DNA from: Malacoraja senta
Lineage: Eukaryota
Length of the DNA stretch: 64,000 nt
Reading direction: 5' to 3'
Assembly (NCBI GenBank): GCA_038087875.1
Contig: JAXLNO010000697.1
Span: 1-64,000 of the forward strand
In this document: positions 10,463 through 24,644 of the stretch, in pieces
How positions within the stretch are numbered: the first letter of the stretch is position 1
Layout: each line of letters begins with the position of its first letter
Position numbers and translations under genes: made by a program
The notes under the pieces: model-generated
Told to the model about the DNA's origin: nothing
What the model saw: the letters and a program-made list of their open reading frames with translations, nothing else
Databases searched by the model: none

Positions 10463-13400
10463 TTATAACCATATAACCATTACAGCACGGAAACAGGCCA
10501 TCTCGGCCCTTCAAGTCCGTGCCGAACATTTTTTTTTCCTTCTGTCTTCCCCCTAGTCCCATCTACAGTACCTGCACTCAGACCATAACCCTCCATTCCT
10601 TTCCCGTCCATATCCCCATCCAATCTATTTTTAAAGGATAAGATCGAACCTGCCTCCACCACTTCCACTGGAAGCTCATTCCACACAGCTACCAATCTCT
10701 GAGTAAAGAAGTTCCCCCTAATGTTCCCCCTAAACTTCTGTCCCTTAATTCTCAAGTCATGTCCCCTTGTTTGAATCTTCCCTACTCTCAATGGGAAAAG
10801 CTTATCCATGTCCACTCTGTCTAACCCGCTCATAATTTTAAAGACCTCTATCAAGTCCCCTCTTAACCTTCTGCGCTCCAAAGAATAAAGACCTAACTTG
10901 TTCAACCTTTCTCTGTAACTTAGTTGCTGAAACCCAGGCAACATTCTAGTAAATCTCCTCTGTACTCTCTCTATTTTGTTGACATCCTTCCTATAATTAG
11001 GCGACCAAAATTGTACTCCATACTCCAGAATTGGCCTCACCAATGCCTTGTACAATTTTAACATTACATCCCAACTTCTATATTCAATGCTCTGATTTAT
11101 AAAGGCCAGCACACCAAAAGCTTTCTTTACCACCCTATCTACATGAGATTCCACCTTCAGGGAACTATGCACAGTTATTCCTAGATCCCTCTGTTCAACT
11201 GCATTCCTCAATTCGCTACCATTTACCGTGTACGTCCTATTTTGATTTGTCCTGCCGAGATGTAGCACCTCACATTTGTCAGCATTAAACTCCATCTGCC
11301 ATCTTTCAGCCCACTCTTCCAAATGGCTTAAATCTCTCTGTAGACTTTGAAAATCTACTTCATTATCCACAACACCACCTATCTTAGTATCATCTGCATA
11401 CTTACTAATCCAATTTTCCACACCATCATCCAGATCATTGATGTACATGACAAACAACAGTGGACCCAACACAGACCCCTGAGGCACCCCACTAGTCACC
11501 GGCCTCCAACCTGACAAACAGCCATCCACCATTACTCTCTGGCATCTCCCATTCAGCCACTGTTGAATCCATCTTGCTACTCCACCATTAATACCCAACA
11601 ATTGAATCTTCTTAACCAACCTTCCATGAGGAACCTTGTCAAAGGCCTTACTGAAGTCCATATAGACAACATCCACTGCTTTACCCTCATCAATTTCCCT
11701 AGTAACCTCTTCGAAAAATTCAAGAAGATTAGTCAAGCATGACCTTCCAGGGTCCTAATCAGACCCTGCTTATCCAGATGCTTCTATATATTATCTTTAA
11801 GTATCCTTTCCATTAATTTGCCCACCACTGACGTCAAACTAACAGGTCTATAATTGCTAGGTTTACTCTTCGAACCCTTTTTAAACAACGGAACAACATG
11901 CGCAGTACGCCAATCCTCCGGCACTATTCCCGTTTCTAATAACATTTGAAATATTTCTGTCATAGCCCCTGCTATTTCTACACTAACTTCCCTCAATGTC
12001 CTAGGGAATATCCTGTCAGGACCTGGAGACTTATCCGTTTTCATATTTTTCAAAAGTGTTCGCACCTCCTCTTCTTTGAATCTCACAGTTTCCATTGCTA
12101 CCCTGCTTGTTTCCCATACCTCACATAATTCCATATCCTTCTCCTTCGTGAATACCGAAGAAAATAAATTGTTCAATATCTCCCCCATCTCTTTTGGCTC
12201 TGCAGATAGCTGTCCACTCTGACTCTCTAATGGACCAATTTTATTCCTTGTTATCCTTTCTCTATTAATATAGCTGTAGAAACCCTTTGGATTTACTTTC
12301 ACCTCATATCTTCTTTTAGCTTTTCTAATTTCTTTCTTAATATTCTTTTTACATTCTTTATACTCCTCAAGCACCTCATTTACTCCATGCTGCCTATAAT
12401 TATTGTAGATCTCTCTCTTTTTCCGAACCGAGTGTCCAATATCCCTTGAAAACCATGCCTCTTTCCATTTTTTACTATTTCCTTTCAACCGAACAGGGAC
12501 ATAAAGATTCTGTACTCTTAAAATTTCACCCTTAAATGTCCTCCATTTTTCTTCTACATCCTTCCCATAAAACAACATGTCCCAATTCACTCCTTTTAAA
12601 TCCTTTTGCATCTCCTCAAAGTTAGCCTTTCTCCAAACAAAAATCTCAACCCTAGGTCCAGTTCTGACCCTCTCCATAATTATATTGAAACTAATGGTAT
12701 TGTGATCACTGGACCCGAAGTGCTCCCCGACGCATACCTCCGCCACCTGCCCTGTCTCATTTCCTAACAGGAGGTCCAGCACTGCCCCTTCTCTAGTAGG
12801 TACCTCTATGTATTGCTGCAAAAAACTATCTTGCACACATTTTACAAACTCCAAACCATCCAGCCCTTTTACAGAATGTGTTTCCCAGTCTATGTGTGGA
12901 AAATTGAAATCTCCCACAATCACTACCTTGTGCTTACTACTAATATCTGCTATCTCCTTACATATTTGCTCTTCCAATTCTCGCTCCCCATTTGGCGGTC
13001 TATAACACACCCCTATAAGTGTTGCTACCCCTTTCCCATTTCTCAGTTCCACCCAAATAGCCTCCCTAGACGAGCCCTCTAATCTATCCTGCCAAAGCAC
13101 TGCTGTAATATCTTCCTTGACAAGCAATGCAACACCCCACCTCTTGCCCCTCCAATTATATCACCCCTGAAGCAACGAAATCCTGGAATATTTATTTGCC
13201 AATCACAGCCCTCCTGCAACCATGTTTCACTGATCGCCACAACATCATACTTCCAGGTGTCAATCCAGGCTCTAAGCTCATCCACCTTTCTTAGCATTAA
13301 TCCTCCTAGCATTAAAATATACACATTTAAGAAACCCTTCACCACTTATTCTCTGTTTATTATCTTTTTCTTCTTTCTCCCCTACATTTTGGGTCCGAGT

Positions 13401-13556
13401 GCTTCCCTTCTCTGCCTCCTGCCTCCCACATTTTCAACTAGCTTTCTCTATTTGAGTCCCTCCCCCCAACCGTTCTAGTTTAAAGTCTCCCCAGTAGCCT
13501 TTGCAAATCTCCCCGCCAGGATATTGGTCCCCCTCGGGTTCAAGTGCAACCCGTCC
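10463..13556 (-). mobile_element. CR1 LINE (family 1), 5'-truncated at the end of ORF1; ORF2 split by small deletions
   Basis: ORFs 11784-13127 (APE/linker) and 10480-11736 (RT) are near-identical to 18193-20466; (CCATATAA)n tail at ~10463-10482. Confidence 0.95.
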
Positions 13557-14750
13557 ACACAGCTACCACTCTCTGAGTAAAGAAGTTCCCCCTAATGTAA
13601 CCCCTAAACTTCTGTCCCTTACTTCTCAAGTCATGTCCCCTTGTTTGAATCTTCCCTACTCTCAATGGGAAAAGCTTATCCACGTCAACTCTGTCTAACC
13701 GCTCATCATTTTAAAGATCTCTATCAAGTCCCCCCTTAACCTTCTGCGCTCCAAAGAATAAAGACCGAACTTGTTCAACCTTTCTCTGTAACTTAGTTGC
13801 TGAAACCCAGGCAACATTCTAGTAAATCTCCTCTGTACTCTCTCTATTTTGTTGACATCCTTCCTATAATTAGGCGACCAACATTGTACTCCATACTCCA
13901 GAATTGGCCTCACCAATGCCTTGTACAATTTTAACATTACATCCCAACTTCTATATTCAATGCTCTGATTTATAAAGGCCAGCACACCAAAAGATTTCTT
14001 TACCACCCTATCTACAGTACATGAGATTCCACCTTCAAGGAACTATGCACAGTTATTCCTAGATCCCTCTGTTCAACTGCATTACTCAATTCGCTACCAT
14101 TTACCATGTACGTCCTATTTTGATTTGTCCTGCCGAGATGCAGCACCTCAGCATTAAACTCCATCTGCCATCTTTCAGCCCACTCTTCCAAATGGCCTAA
14201 ATCTCTCTGTAGACTTTGAAAATCTACTTCATTATCCAAAACACCACCTATCTTAGTATCATCTGCATACTTACTAATCCAATTTTCCACACCATCATCC
14301 AGATCATTGATGTAAATGACAAACAACAGTGGACCCAACACAGACCCCTGAGGCACCCCACTAGTCACCGGCCTCCAACCTGACAAACAGCCATCCACCA
14401 TTACTCTCCGGCATCTCCCATTCAGCCACTGTTGAATCCATCTTGCTACTCCACCATTAATACCCAACAATTGAATCTTCTTAACCAACATTCCATGAGG
14501 AACCTTGTCAAAGGCCTTACTGAAGTCTATATAGACAACATCCACTGCTTTACCCTCATCAATTTCCCTAGTAACCTCTTTGAAAAATTCAAGAAGATTA
14601 GTCAAACATGACCTTCCAGGCACAAATCCATGTTGACTTCCTAATCAGACTCTGCTTATCCAGATGCTTATATATATTATCTCTAAGTATCCTTTCCATT
14701 AATTTGCCCACCACTGACGTCAAACTAACAGGTCTATAATTGCTAGGTTT
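13557..14750 (-). mobile_element. CR1 LINE (family 1) RT fragment with a 5-bp frameshifting insertion at 14013-14019
   Basis: ORFs 14012-14623 and 13695-14006; abuts the previous copy without a tail. Confidence 0.9.
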
Positions 14751-14944
14751 ATAATTGCATTGCTCTCACGAAAACCCGCAAACTTACCACGTGACCCGCC
14801 ACCGCAGGGAAGAAGAGCCAAAGAAAACCTGCTCTCTTTGAAATGATATTCCCACGAGAACCGTTTTTGCAGATTAGAAAAGAGTAGAAATTAATGACCG
14901 ACCGACCGACCGTACGACCGTCCGGAGAAAGATTCTAGAGGCCC

Positions 14945-16134
14945 ATGGCTTCAGGGAGTGGTGGTTCTGAGGGTGGTGGGTGGCAGACTGTAGGTAAGGA
15001 AAAGGGGGGCTCTAAGAGAGAGGCATCGAGCGAAAGACCCGAAATGTCAGGAGACGAAGGAAGTAAAGTTAGGAGAACTAAAATTATTGAAGAATTCATC
15101 GTGCTGTTTAAAGTTAAAGGAACAAATCAAGGAGATGCAGGATTTAGAGCAGTGAATCCATTAAAAATTACCACCGCTTTGGAGAGCCAGATAGGTAGGG
15201 ATTTTCAGGCCAAGATTCTGTATAATGGGATGTTAAGAATTTGTTGCAAAGACAGAAAACAGTTTAATGATGCTAGGGGTGTGGGGAAGTTGGTGGTCAA
15301 GGTGGAGAGTTTGGTCCCCAGATGAAGAGAGCAGGGAATAAAGGGAGTGGTGTATGGGATGTATGATGGCTTGTCTGAGAAGGAGATCTTAGAAAACGTT
15401 AAGGGGGCCCAGGTAATTGATGTTGTGAGATTTAAGAGTAGGAATGGAGTCAGGGACCCGCCGGTCCTGCTTACGTTCAAAGATGGAGTACTGCCACAGA
15501 GAGTGTTTCTTGGGAGTATGGCGTATCAAGTGAGGGAGTACATTAAACCACCGTTGCGCTGCTATAACTGTCAGAGGTTTGGACATGTTGCTGGGTCTTG
15601 TCGGGGTAAAAGAAAGTGCGCAAAGTGTGGTGGAGATCATGCAATACAAAATTGCAAGGCAGAGGCTCCTAAGTGCCCTAACTGTGATGGGGATCATGCA
15701 GCAGGGTTTCATGGTTGTGAGCGCTTTGTTCAGGCGAAGCGAGTACAGGAAGTGAAGGATCAGAACAACGTGTCATATGCAGAGGCAGCTCAAAGGGTGG
15801 CTAGAGAACGCGGAGATGTGAGCGCTGGGACTAGAGAAGCCAGATCACTGTGCCAAACTTGCCGTCGGCTTTTCCATCTGACATGTTGATTTTTAATAAG
15901 GAGTCATTTCTGTCTTTTGTTTCTGATGTGCTGGTAGGAGCTAAGAAAGCAGCTAACCGGTCAGATATCATCAGGTTAGTGGTGGGGGCAGCTGAAAGGT
16001 TCCTCAGTGTAAAGCAGTTGCCAGAAAAGTTGCATCAATACATGACGGAGAGTCAGTGTATGGAGAGGTCACAGTTGTCGAGAGCTAGCAGTATGGAGTA
16101 TGTCAGTGAGGTGGATGATGGTGATCCTCATTAA
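14945..16134 (+). pseudogene. Nimb ORF1 (gag-like, zinc knuckles), with stop at 15323-15325 and a frameshift near 15850
   Basis: RCYNCQRFGHVAGSC, CAKCGGDH...C, CPNCDGDH...C. Confidence 0.85.
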
Positions 16135-17055
16135 CACCATAATGTTTTATATACTTCAATGGAACGCCCGGAGTCTGATTGGAAATGGTCAAGAGTTAAA
16201 GAGATTTGTTGATGAATTTAAAGAAGCACCAGAATTAATATGTATCGAAGAGACATGGTTAAAGCCCTGTCTAGATTTTGTAATCCCAGGTTATGAATGT
16301 GTGCGATTAGATAGGTCTGATAGATCAGGTGGGGGTTGTGCAACTTTTGTTAAGACTGGGTTGCAGTATAGGAAAGTTGATATTAATTCTAATCTTGAGG
16401 TTTTGGCTGTGGAAGTTTGGAGCAGCCAGAATTCTATCATTGTGATAAATTATTATAACCCCTGTCAACCCTTGATATTGTCAGATTTTGATGAGATAAT
16501 GGAGAAGCTAAGGTGTCCTGTTATATGGATTGGAGATTTTAATGCGCATAATCCTTTATGGGGTAGTGATCACAGGGATAAAAATGGTGTTATTGTTGAA
16601 GAATTTCTAGACAAGTATGAGTTGGTATTGTTAAATGATGGAAGGCCGTCTAGGTATAATATTGTGAGAAACACCTGCAGCCACATAGATTTATCAATTG
16701 CTTCATCAAATTTAGCAAGAATTGGTGAATGGGATGTAATGGATAGATATACACTGGGTAGTGATCATTATCCAATTTTATGTAGGTTTGGTAGGGATTT
16801 GAGGAGAGAAGTGGAAAAGAAAGTCCCTAGATATAACTTTTATCAGGCCAAATGGGATAAATTCCAAGAGAAGGCTCAAAGTTTAGTTGGAGAGGTTAAT
16901 AGTGAGGGCTCTGTAGATAGTTGGAATACTTCCATTAGTCTCATGATTCATGAGGCAGCTTGTTGTACTATTCCTGTGAAGCAGGAACTTAGGTCCCGTA
17001 TGTCTGTTCCTTGGTGGAATAAAGAATGTGATGAAGCTGTAAGGAATAGGAATAT

Positions 17056-20000
17056 TCGATGACCTCTGTCTGATCAGGGAGAGTGAGGAGGTCATAGAAA
17101 AGAGTTATAGGGAGGTGGCCACTCCAAGACCACGGGAGGCAGACAAGTGGGTCACGGTTAGGAAGGGCAAGGGGCAGAGGCGGGGACTAGTGAGTACCCC
17201 GGTGGCTGTACACCTTGAAAATAAGTACTCCTGTTTGAGTACTGTTGAGGGGGACAGCCTTCCTGCGGGTAGCAACAGCGGCCGGGCCTCCGGCACAGAG
17301 ACCAGCCCTATTGCTCAGAAGGGTAGGGAAAAGAAGAGGAGGGCAATAGTAATAGGGGACTCTATGGTTAGGGGGTTGGATAGGCGATTCTGTGGGCGCA
17401 GCCAGGAGACCCGAATAGAAGTTTGCCTCCCTGGTGCCAGGGTCAGGGATGTGTCTGAACGCGTCCAAGATATCCTGAAATCGGAGGGAGAGGAGCCTGA
17501 GGTTGTGGTACATATAGGTACCAATGACATAGGTAGAAAAAGAGAATTTTCTTGAAAGGAGAATTTAGGGAGTTGGGAGGAGAGTTAAGGAGAAGGTCTA
17601 CAAAGGTAACAATTTCAGGATTACTACCTGTGCCACGTGACGGTGAGAGTAGGAATGGAGTGAGGTGGAGGATAAATGCGTGGCTGAGGAACTGGTGCAG
17701 CGGGCAGGGATTCAAATTTCTGGATCATTGGGATTTCTTTTCGGGAAGGAGTGACCTGTACAGAAAGGACGGGTTGCACTTGAACCCGAGGGGGACCAAT
17801 ATCCTGGCGGGGAGATTTGCAAAGGCTACTGGGGAGACTTTAAACTAGAACGGTTGGGGGGAGGGACTCAAATAGAGAAAGCTAGTGGAAAATGTGGGAG
17901 GCAGGAGGCAGAGAAGGGAAGCACTCGGACCCAAAATGTAGGGGAGAAAGAAGAAAAAGATAATAAACAGAGAATAAGTGGTGGTGGGTTTCTTAAATGT
18001 GTATATTTTAATGCTAGGAGCATTGTAAGAAAGGTGGATAAGCTTAGAGCCTGGATTGACACCTGGAAGTATGATGTTGTGGCGATCAGTGAAACATGGT
18101 TGCAGGAGGGCTGTGATTAGCAAATAAATATTCCAGGATTTCGTTGCTTCAGGGGTGATAGAATTGGAGGGGCAAGAGGTGGGGGTGTTGCATTGCTTGT
18201 CAAGGAAGATATTACAGCAGTGCTTTGGCAGGATAGATTAGAGGGCTCGTCTAGGGAGGCTATTTGGGTGGAACTGAGAAATGGGAAAGGTGTAGCAACA
18301 CTTATAGGGGTGTATTATAGACCGCCAAATGGGGAGCGAGAATTGGAAGAGCAAATATGTAAGGAGATAGCAGATATTAGTAGTAAGCACAAGGTAGTGA
18401 TGGTGGGAGATTTCAATTTTCCACACATAGACTGGGAAACACATTCTGTAAAAGGGCTGGATGGTTTGGAGTTTGTAAAATGTGTGCAAGATAGTTTTTT
18501 GCAGCAATACATAGAGGTACCTACTAGAGAAGGGGCAGTGCTGGACCTCCTGTTAGGAAATGAGACAGGGCAGGTGGCGGAGGTATGCGTCGGGGAGCAC
18601 TTCGGGTCCAGTGATCACAATACCATTAGTTTCAATATAATTATGGAGAGGGTCAGAACTGGACCTAGGGTTGAGATTTTTGTTTGGAGAAAGGCTAACT
18701 TTGAGGAGATGCGAAAGGATTTAAAAGGAGTGAATTGGGACATGTTGTTTTATGGAAAGGATGTAGAAGAAAAATGGAGGACATTTAAGGGTGAAATTTT
18801 AAGAGTACAGAATCTTTATGTCCCTGTTCGGTTGAAAGGAAATAGTAAAAAATGGAAAGAGCCATGGTTTTCAAGGGAAATTGGACACTTGGTTCGGAAA
18901 AAGAGAGAGATCTACAATAATTATAGGCAGCATGGAGTAAATGAGGTGCTTGAGGAGTATAAAGAATGTAAAAAGAATATTAAGAAAGAAATTAGAAAAG
19001 CTAAAAGAAGATATGAGGTTGCTTTGGCAAGTAAGGTGAAAGTAAATCCAAAGGGTTTCTACAGCTATATTAATAGCAAAAGGATAACAAGGAATAAAAT
19101 CGGTCCATTAGAGAGTCAGAGTGGACAGCTATCTGCAGAGCCAAAAGAGATGGGGGAGATATTGAACAATTTATTTTCTTCGGTATTCACGAAGGAGAAG
19201 GATATGGAATTATGTGAGGTAAGGGAAACGAGCAGAGTAGCAATGGAAACTGTGAGATTCAAAGAAGAGGAGGTGCGGACACTTTTGAAAAATATGAAAA
19301 CGGATAAGTCTCCAGGTCCTGACAGGATATTCCCTAGGACATTGAGGGAAGTTAGTGTAGAAATAGCAGGAGCTATGACAGAAATATTTCAAATGTCATT
19401 AGAAACGGGAATAGTGCCGGTGGATTGGCGTACTGCGCATGTTGTTCCGTTGTTTAAAAAGGGTTCTAAGAGTAAACCTAGCAATTATAGACCTGTTAGT
19501 TTGACGTCAGTGGTGGGCAAATTAATGGAAAGGATACTTAAAGATAATATATATAAGCATCTGGATAAGCAGGGTCTGATTAGGAACAGTCAACATGGAT
19601 TTGTGCCTGGAAGGTCATGCTTGACTAATCTTCTTGAATTTTTCGAAGAGGTTACTAGGGAAATTGATGAGGGTAAAGCAGTGGATGTTGTCTATATGGA
19701 CTTCAGTAAGGCCTTTGACAAGGTTCCTCATGGAAGGTTGGTTAAGAAGATTCAATTGTTGGGTATTAATGGTGGAGTAGCAAGATGGATTCAACAGTGG
19801 CTGAATGGGAGATGCCAGAGAGTAATGGTGGATGGCTGTTTGTCAGGTTGGAGGCCGGTGACTAGTGGGGTGCCTCAGGGGTCTGTGTTGGGTCCACTGT
19901 TGTTTGTCATGTACATCAATGATCTGGATGAAGGTGTGGAAAATTGGATTAGTAAGTATGCAGATGATACTAAGATAGGTGGTGTTGTGGATAATGAAGT

Positions 20001-20794
20001 AGATTTTCAAAGTCTACAGAGAGATTTAGGCCATTTGGAAGAGTGGGCTGAAAGATGGCAGATGGAGTTTAATGCTGACAAATGTGAGGTGCTACATCTC
20101 GGCAGGACAAATCAAAATAGGACGTACACGGTAAATGGTAGCGAATTGAGGAATGCAGTTGAACAGAGGGATCTAGGAATAACTGTGCATAGTTCCCTGA
20201 AGGTGGAATCTCATGTAGATAGGGTGGTAAAGAAAGCTTTTGGTGTGCTGGCCTTTATAAATCAGAGCATTGAATATAGAAGTTGGGATGTAATGTTAAA
20301 ATTGTACAAGGCATTGGTGAGGCCAATTCTGGAGTATGGAGTACAATTTTGGTCGCCTAATTATAGGAAGGATGTCAACAAAATAGAGAGAGAGTACAGA
20401 GGAGATTTACTAGAATGTTGCCTTTTCCCATTGAGAGTAGGGAAGATTCAAACAAAGGGAAAATGACTTGAGAATTAAGGGACAGAAGTTTAGGGGGAAC
20501 ATTAGGGGGAACTTCTTTACTCAGAGAGTGGTAGCTGTGTGGAATGAGCTTCCAGTGGAAGTGGTGGAGGCAGGTTCGATGTTATCCTTTAAAAATAGAT
20601 TGGATGGGTATATGGACGGGAAAGGAATGGAGGGTTATGGTCTGAGTGCAGGTAGATGGGACTAGGGGGAAGTATTTTTTTTTAATTAAAAAAAAAAAAA
20701 AAAAAATTTTTAAATGTTCGGCACGGACTTGAAGGGCCGAGATGGCCTGTTTCCGTGCTGTTATGGTTATATGGTTATATGGTTATATGGTTAT
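17056..20794 (+). mobile_element. CR1 LINE (family 1) with partial ORF1 (SGNH/GDSL esterase) and long ORF2, nested in Nimb ORF2
   Basis: VIGDSMVR, VHIGTND and DGLHLN esterase blocks; ORF 18193-20466; (TTATATGG)n tail; 5-bp duplication aatat at 17051-17055 and 20795-20799. Confidence 0.95.
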
Positions 20795-22863
20795 AATATA
20801 GCCTATCGAAAATTAAGAAAGTATCCAATTTTGGTCAATGCAATGGAGTACAAGCGGCTAAGGGCAGTAGCAAGACGAGTTGTAAAGGATGCAAAGAGGA
20901 ATAGTTGGAGGAAGTTTTGTGGTACGCTAGGCCCGGAAACTCCAGTAAGGCATTTGTGGTCAGCTGTGCGTAGAATGTCAGGAGTATATAAAAGAAGTTT
21001 GTTACCAGTGTTGCAGAAGGGTGAGGTGGTAGCAGTCACCAATAAGGAAAAAGCAGACATGTGTGTTGACAGTTTTCAAGCAGTGCATAGATCAGAGAGC
21101 ATGGGAGTGGAGAGGTGTAGAAAGAGAACCGAGATGATGGCAGTTAATCAGTGGAAGCTGGAGAAGAGTTTAGTAAATGATAATACCTTTAATCTGTTTT
21201 TTACCATAAAAGAGTTGAAGGATGCAATTATGTCTGGGGCAAATACCACCCGGGGAAAGATAGGTTGTCGTATGAGTTATTTAAACATCTGGATGATATT
21301 GTACTTGATGAAATCTTAGCTTTGTTTTATACTGTGTGGGCAGAGGGTTATTTACCAAAGGAATGGAAACATGCAGTCGTGGTCCCTATTTTAAAACCGG
21401 GCAAAGAGGCATCTGACCCTAGTTCATATCGCCCTATAGCGCTCACAGCAGTGCTCTGTAAAATTATGGAGAGGATGGTAACCAACAGACTAGTTTATTT
21501 TTTAGAAACCAGAGGACTATTTGTTGATGTACAGAATGGCTTTAGGAATGGAAGGTCTACAATGGAGTCTGTATCAGTTTTGGATCAGGATATTAAAAGT
21601 GCATTTAGAAGCAAGGAAACAGTAGTGAGTGTATTCCTTGATATTGAGAAGGCATATGATTCTTTGTGGAAGGAGGGATTAATGATTAAGATTTTTGACT
21701 TGGGAATCAGGGGACGAATGTTCAACTGGATTAAGGATTTTTTATTGAATAGAACAATACAAGTAATGGTTGGTAGTGTCAGATCAGAGACTGTGGAAAT
21801 AGAGAATGGAACCCCGCAGGGAAGTGTTATCAGTCCAGTTTTATTTAATATCATGATAAATGACATATTTTGGAAATTAGAGAGAGGATTTGGTCTGTCT
21901 TTGTTTGCAGATGACGGGGCCATCTGGAAAAGAGGTTGTAATGTAGAGTTTGTTTTAAAACAGATTCAAAGAGTGTTAGTGTCTGTAGAGGAATGGGGGA
22001 ACACATGGGGCTTTAAAATCTCTGCCTCTAAGACTAAATATATGGTATTTGGTTTTAAAAGAAAGTTACCTAAGTTAGGGCTGTATATGTATGGGTCTCT
22101 ATTGGAGAAGGTAAAGGTTTTTAAGTTTTTGGGTGTTTGGTTTGAAGAGCGTATGACTTGGGCTGTGCATGTAGGTAAAATTGTGTTGAAGTGTGAAAAA
22201 GTTCTGAATGTTATGAGAAGTCTGGTTGGGTGTGAGTGGGGGGCCAACAGGGAGACAATGCTGCTAATTTATCAGGCCATGATCAGGTCTTCTCTTGACT
22301 ATGGGTGTTTTGTGTATGGGTCTGCGTCTAAAACTGTTCTGGCTAGGCTAGATGTGTTGCAGGCAAAGGCTTTGAGGCTTTGCTGTGGAGCCTTCAGGAC
22401 TTCCCCAGTCCCTGCCCTGATTGTTGAAATGGGAGAAATGCCCTTATGGTTAAGGCGCATTAAGCTCGGGTTACATTACTGGGCTAAACTTTGTGGGTGT
22501 AATGATACCTTCCCAGCAAGGTGTTTGTTGCAAGAGGTTGATGATGGTAACAAATATAACACATTTTTTGTCATTATAAATCAGTGCGCTAGGAAGCTGG
22601 GTTTGGAACAAGGGGGTATTATAGAGCATACAATAAGGCTACCTGTGCCCTATTGGGTTCTTCCTGAACTGTTTATTGAGCTTGCTTTTCTTCAGGAAAA
22701 AGATAAGCGAGAGGTGACTCCAAGAATAGTGGAATATCTTAATTCAATCAGTGAGAGCACTTTGATTGTTTTTACAGATGGATCTAAAGATCCAGTTAGT
22801 GGGAGAGCTGGGTTTGGAGTGTATGTGGAGCAGCTTGGGTTGAAGATTGGCCGGCGCATTTCT

Positions 22864-23793
22864 TTTTTTTTAAAATTTTTTTTTTTATTTTTATTTATTA
22901 GAAGTACATTACATTACAACCACATACATTAATACTCGTCATTTGTATCTTCTTACAATTAATGTACTCCCTTTATTTTTTTTTTTTTTTAAAAAAAATT
23001 TTTACACTAGAAAAGGAAAAGATTGAAAGAGAGAAGAAAGTGAAGGAAAAAGTGAAAGTGTAGAAAAGTGTAGAAAATGTAACAACAAAAAAGGACGAAG
23101 ACCCTATAAGAGCGAAATTAAAAACAAAAGAAAAAGAGTTAAGAAATAGGCCCTAGGAAAAAAAAGAGAAAAAGAGAGAGGAAAAAAAAAAAGAAAAACA
23201 AATATTTTTTTGAGCATTACCTAAATAGGACATACCAACTCTTCAACTATCATCCCCCCTTACCCGACCTCAATTTTTTATTTTTTTTTAAGTACTTTTG
23301 CACCCTATGTTTGTAATAATTCTATAAATGCAGACCACGTCAGGTGGAAGTGATCTGGTTTACCTGCTAGGAGGAGTCTTATCTCTTCTAGGTGTAGTGT
23401 TTCAAACATATTTGAAATCCACATATTTATAGTTGGTATTGGAGCCTTCTTCCAAAATTTTAGAATTAGCTTTTTTCCAGTTATTAACCCATAGTCCATT
23501 AATTTCTTTTGAAACACATTTAGTTCTGGATCATCTTCCGTTATTCCGAAGATAATCCATTCTGCTTTGGGTATCAGTCTTGTTTTAAATAACTTTGTAA
23601 AGATTTCAAAAATTTCATTCCAAAATTTTTGAATTTTTGTACAGAAGACGAATGAGTGCGCTATAGTAGCTTCTTGGGATTGACATTTATCACAAATAGA
23701 TGATACGTTTGGGAAAATTTTATGAATTTTAGTTTTCGAATAATATAATCTATGTAAAATTTTAAATTGTATTAAAGTGTGTCTTACATTAAT
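22864..23793 (-). mobile_element. 5'-truncated L1 (subfamily diverged from the two full-length copies) nested in the Nimb RNase H region
   Basis: 12-bp TSD cggcgcatttct (22852-22863 and 23794-23805); T-rich tail on +; encodes INVRHTLIQFKILHRLY...KKLILKFWKKAPIPT. Confidence 0.93.
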
Positions 23794-24644
23794 CGGCGCA
23801 TTTCTGATGGAAGTTCTGTTCTCACGACTGAATTAATGGCAATTCAATGGGCTCTATGGTGGATTGAGGAAGCCAGTTTTAGAGAAGTCATTATCTGTTC
23901 TGATTCTGCAGCTGCTCTTGAAACTTTAAGAATAGGGAAATCTAAAGCTCGTCCTGACATTCTAAATGAAATCTTGAGTGTGTTTTCTAGAATTGGGTTT
24001 GCGTGTAACATCACTTTTTGCTGGGTTCCCGGGCATGCTGGGGTGAGGGGGAATGAGCAGGTGGACCTCATAGCAAAGGAGAGTTTAAGAAGAGAAATAG
24101 ATATCCATGTATCATTGGGGAGAGTGGAACTGAGAGAAATAATTAAAGAGGGCTTAACAAAAGAATGGCAGAGAGGATGGGACATGGAAGTCAGGGTAGA
24201 CACTACTTTTCTATATAATCTGAAGTTAGGAAAATATGTTTCTGTACATCTCTGTCCCGTAGGGACTCAGTTAAACTGTGTAGATTGAGGTTGGGACACT
24301 GGGTTAAATTACTATTTGTGCATTGTAGGGAAACATGTTTCTGGCTTGTGTGAATGTGGGAGTAATGAGACAGTTAAGCATGTTTTCCTAGAATGTAAAA
24401 AGTATAGGGTAGAAAGAAAAGTATTGTTTGTTAGACTGACAGGACTTGGAGTTGAGGCTTTGTCTGTTTTATCTTTGTTTGGACACAATGAGAAACATCA
24501 ACTGATAGCCAGGGCTGTTATTCAATTCCTGCAAGTTACAGGACTGTATGTAAGAATTTAGTTCAAACTTTGACCTGTGGAGGGCAGTAATACGCTTAGC
24601 AGCGTCTACACTGCCGGAATCCTACAAGAAGAAGAAGAAGAAGA

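Larger units (their letters stand above)
16142..24561 (+). pseudogene. Nimb ORF2 (APE-RT-RNase H) in pieces: 16142-17055, 20795-22863, 23794-24561
   Basis: QWNARSL and WIGDFNAH, LFADDGAIW, then RNase H. The reading resumes exactly across both insertions (RNRNI|AYRKLRK; GRRIS|DGSSV). Confidence 0.88.
14770..24644 (+). mobile_element. Full-length Nimb/I-group LINE (~5.2 kb net) interrupted by a CR1 and an L1 fragment
   Basis: 13-bp TSD gcattgctctcac at 14757-14769 and 24645-24657; (GAA)n tail. ORF1 has three CCHC knuckles; ORF2 has APE, RT, RNase H (FTDGSK, TELMAI, CSDS, WVPGHAGVRGNEQVD) and a C-terminal CECG..ETVKHVFLEC. Confidence 0.93.
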
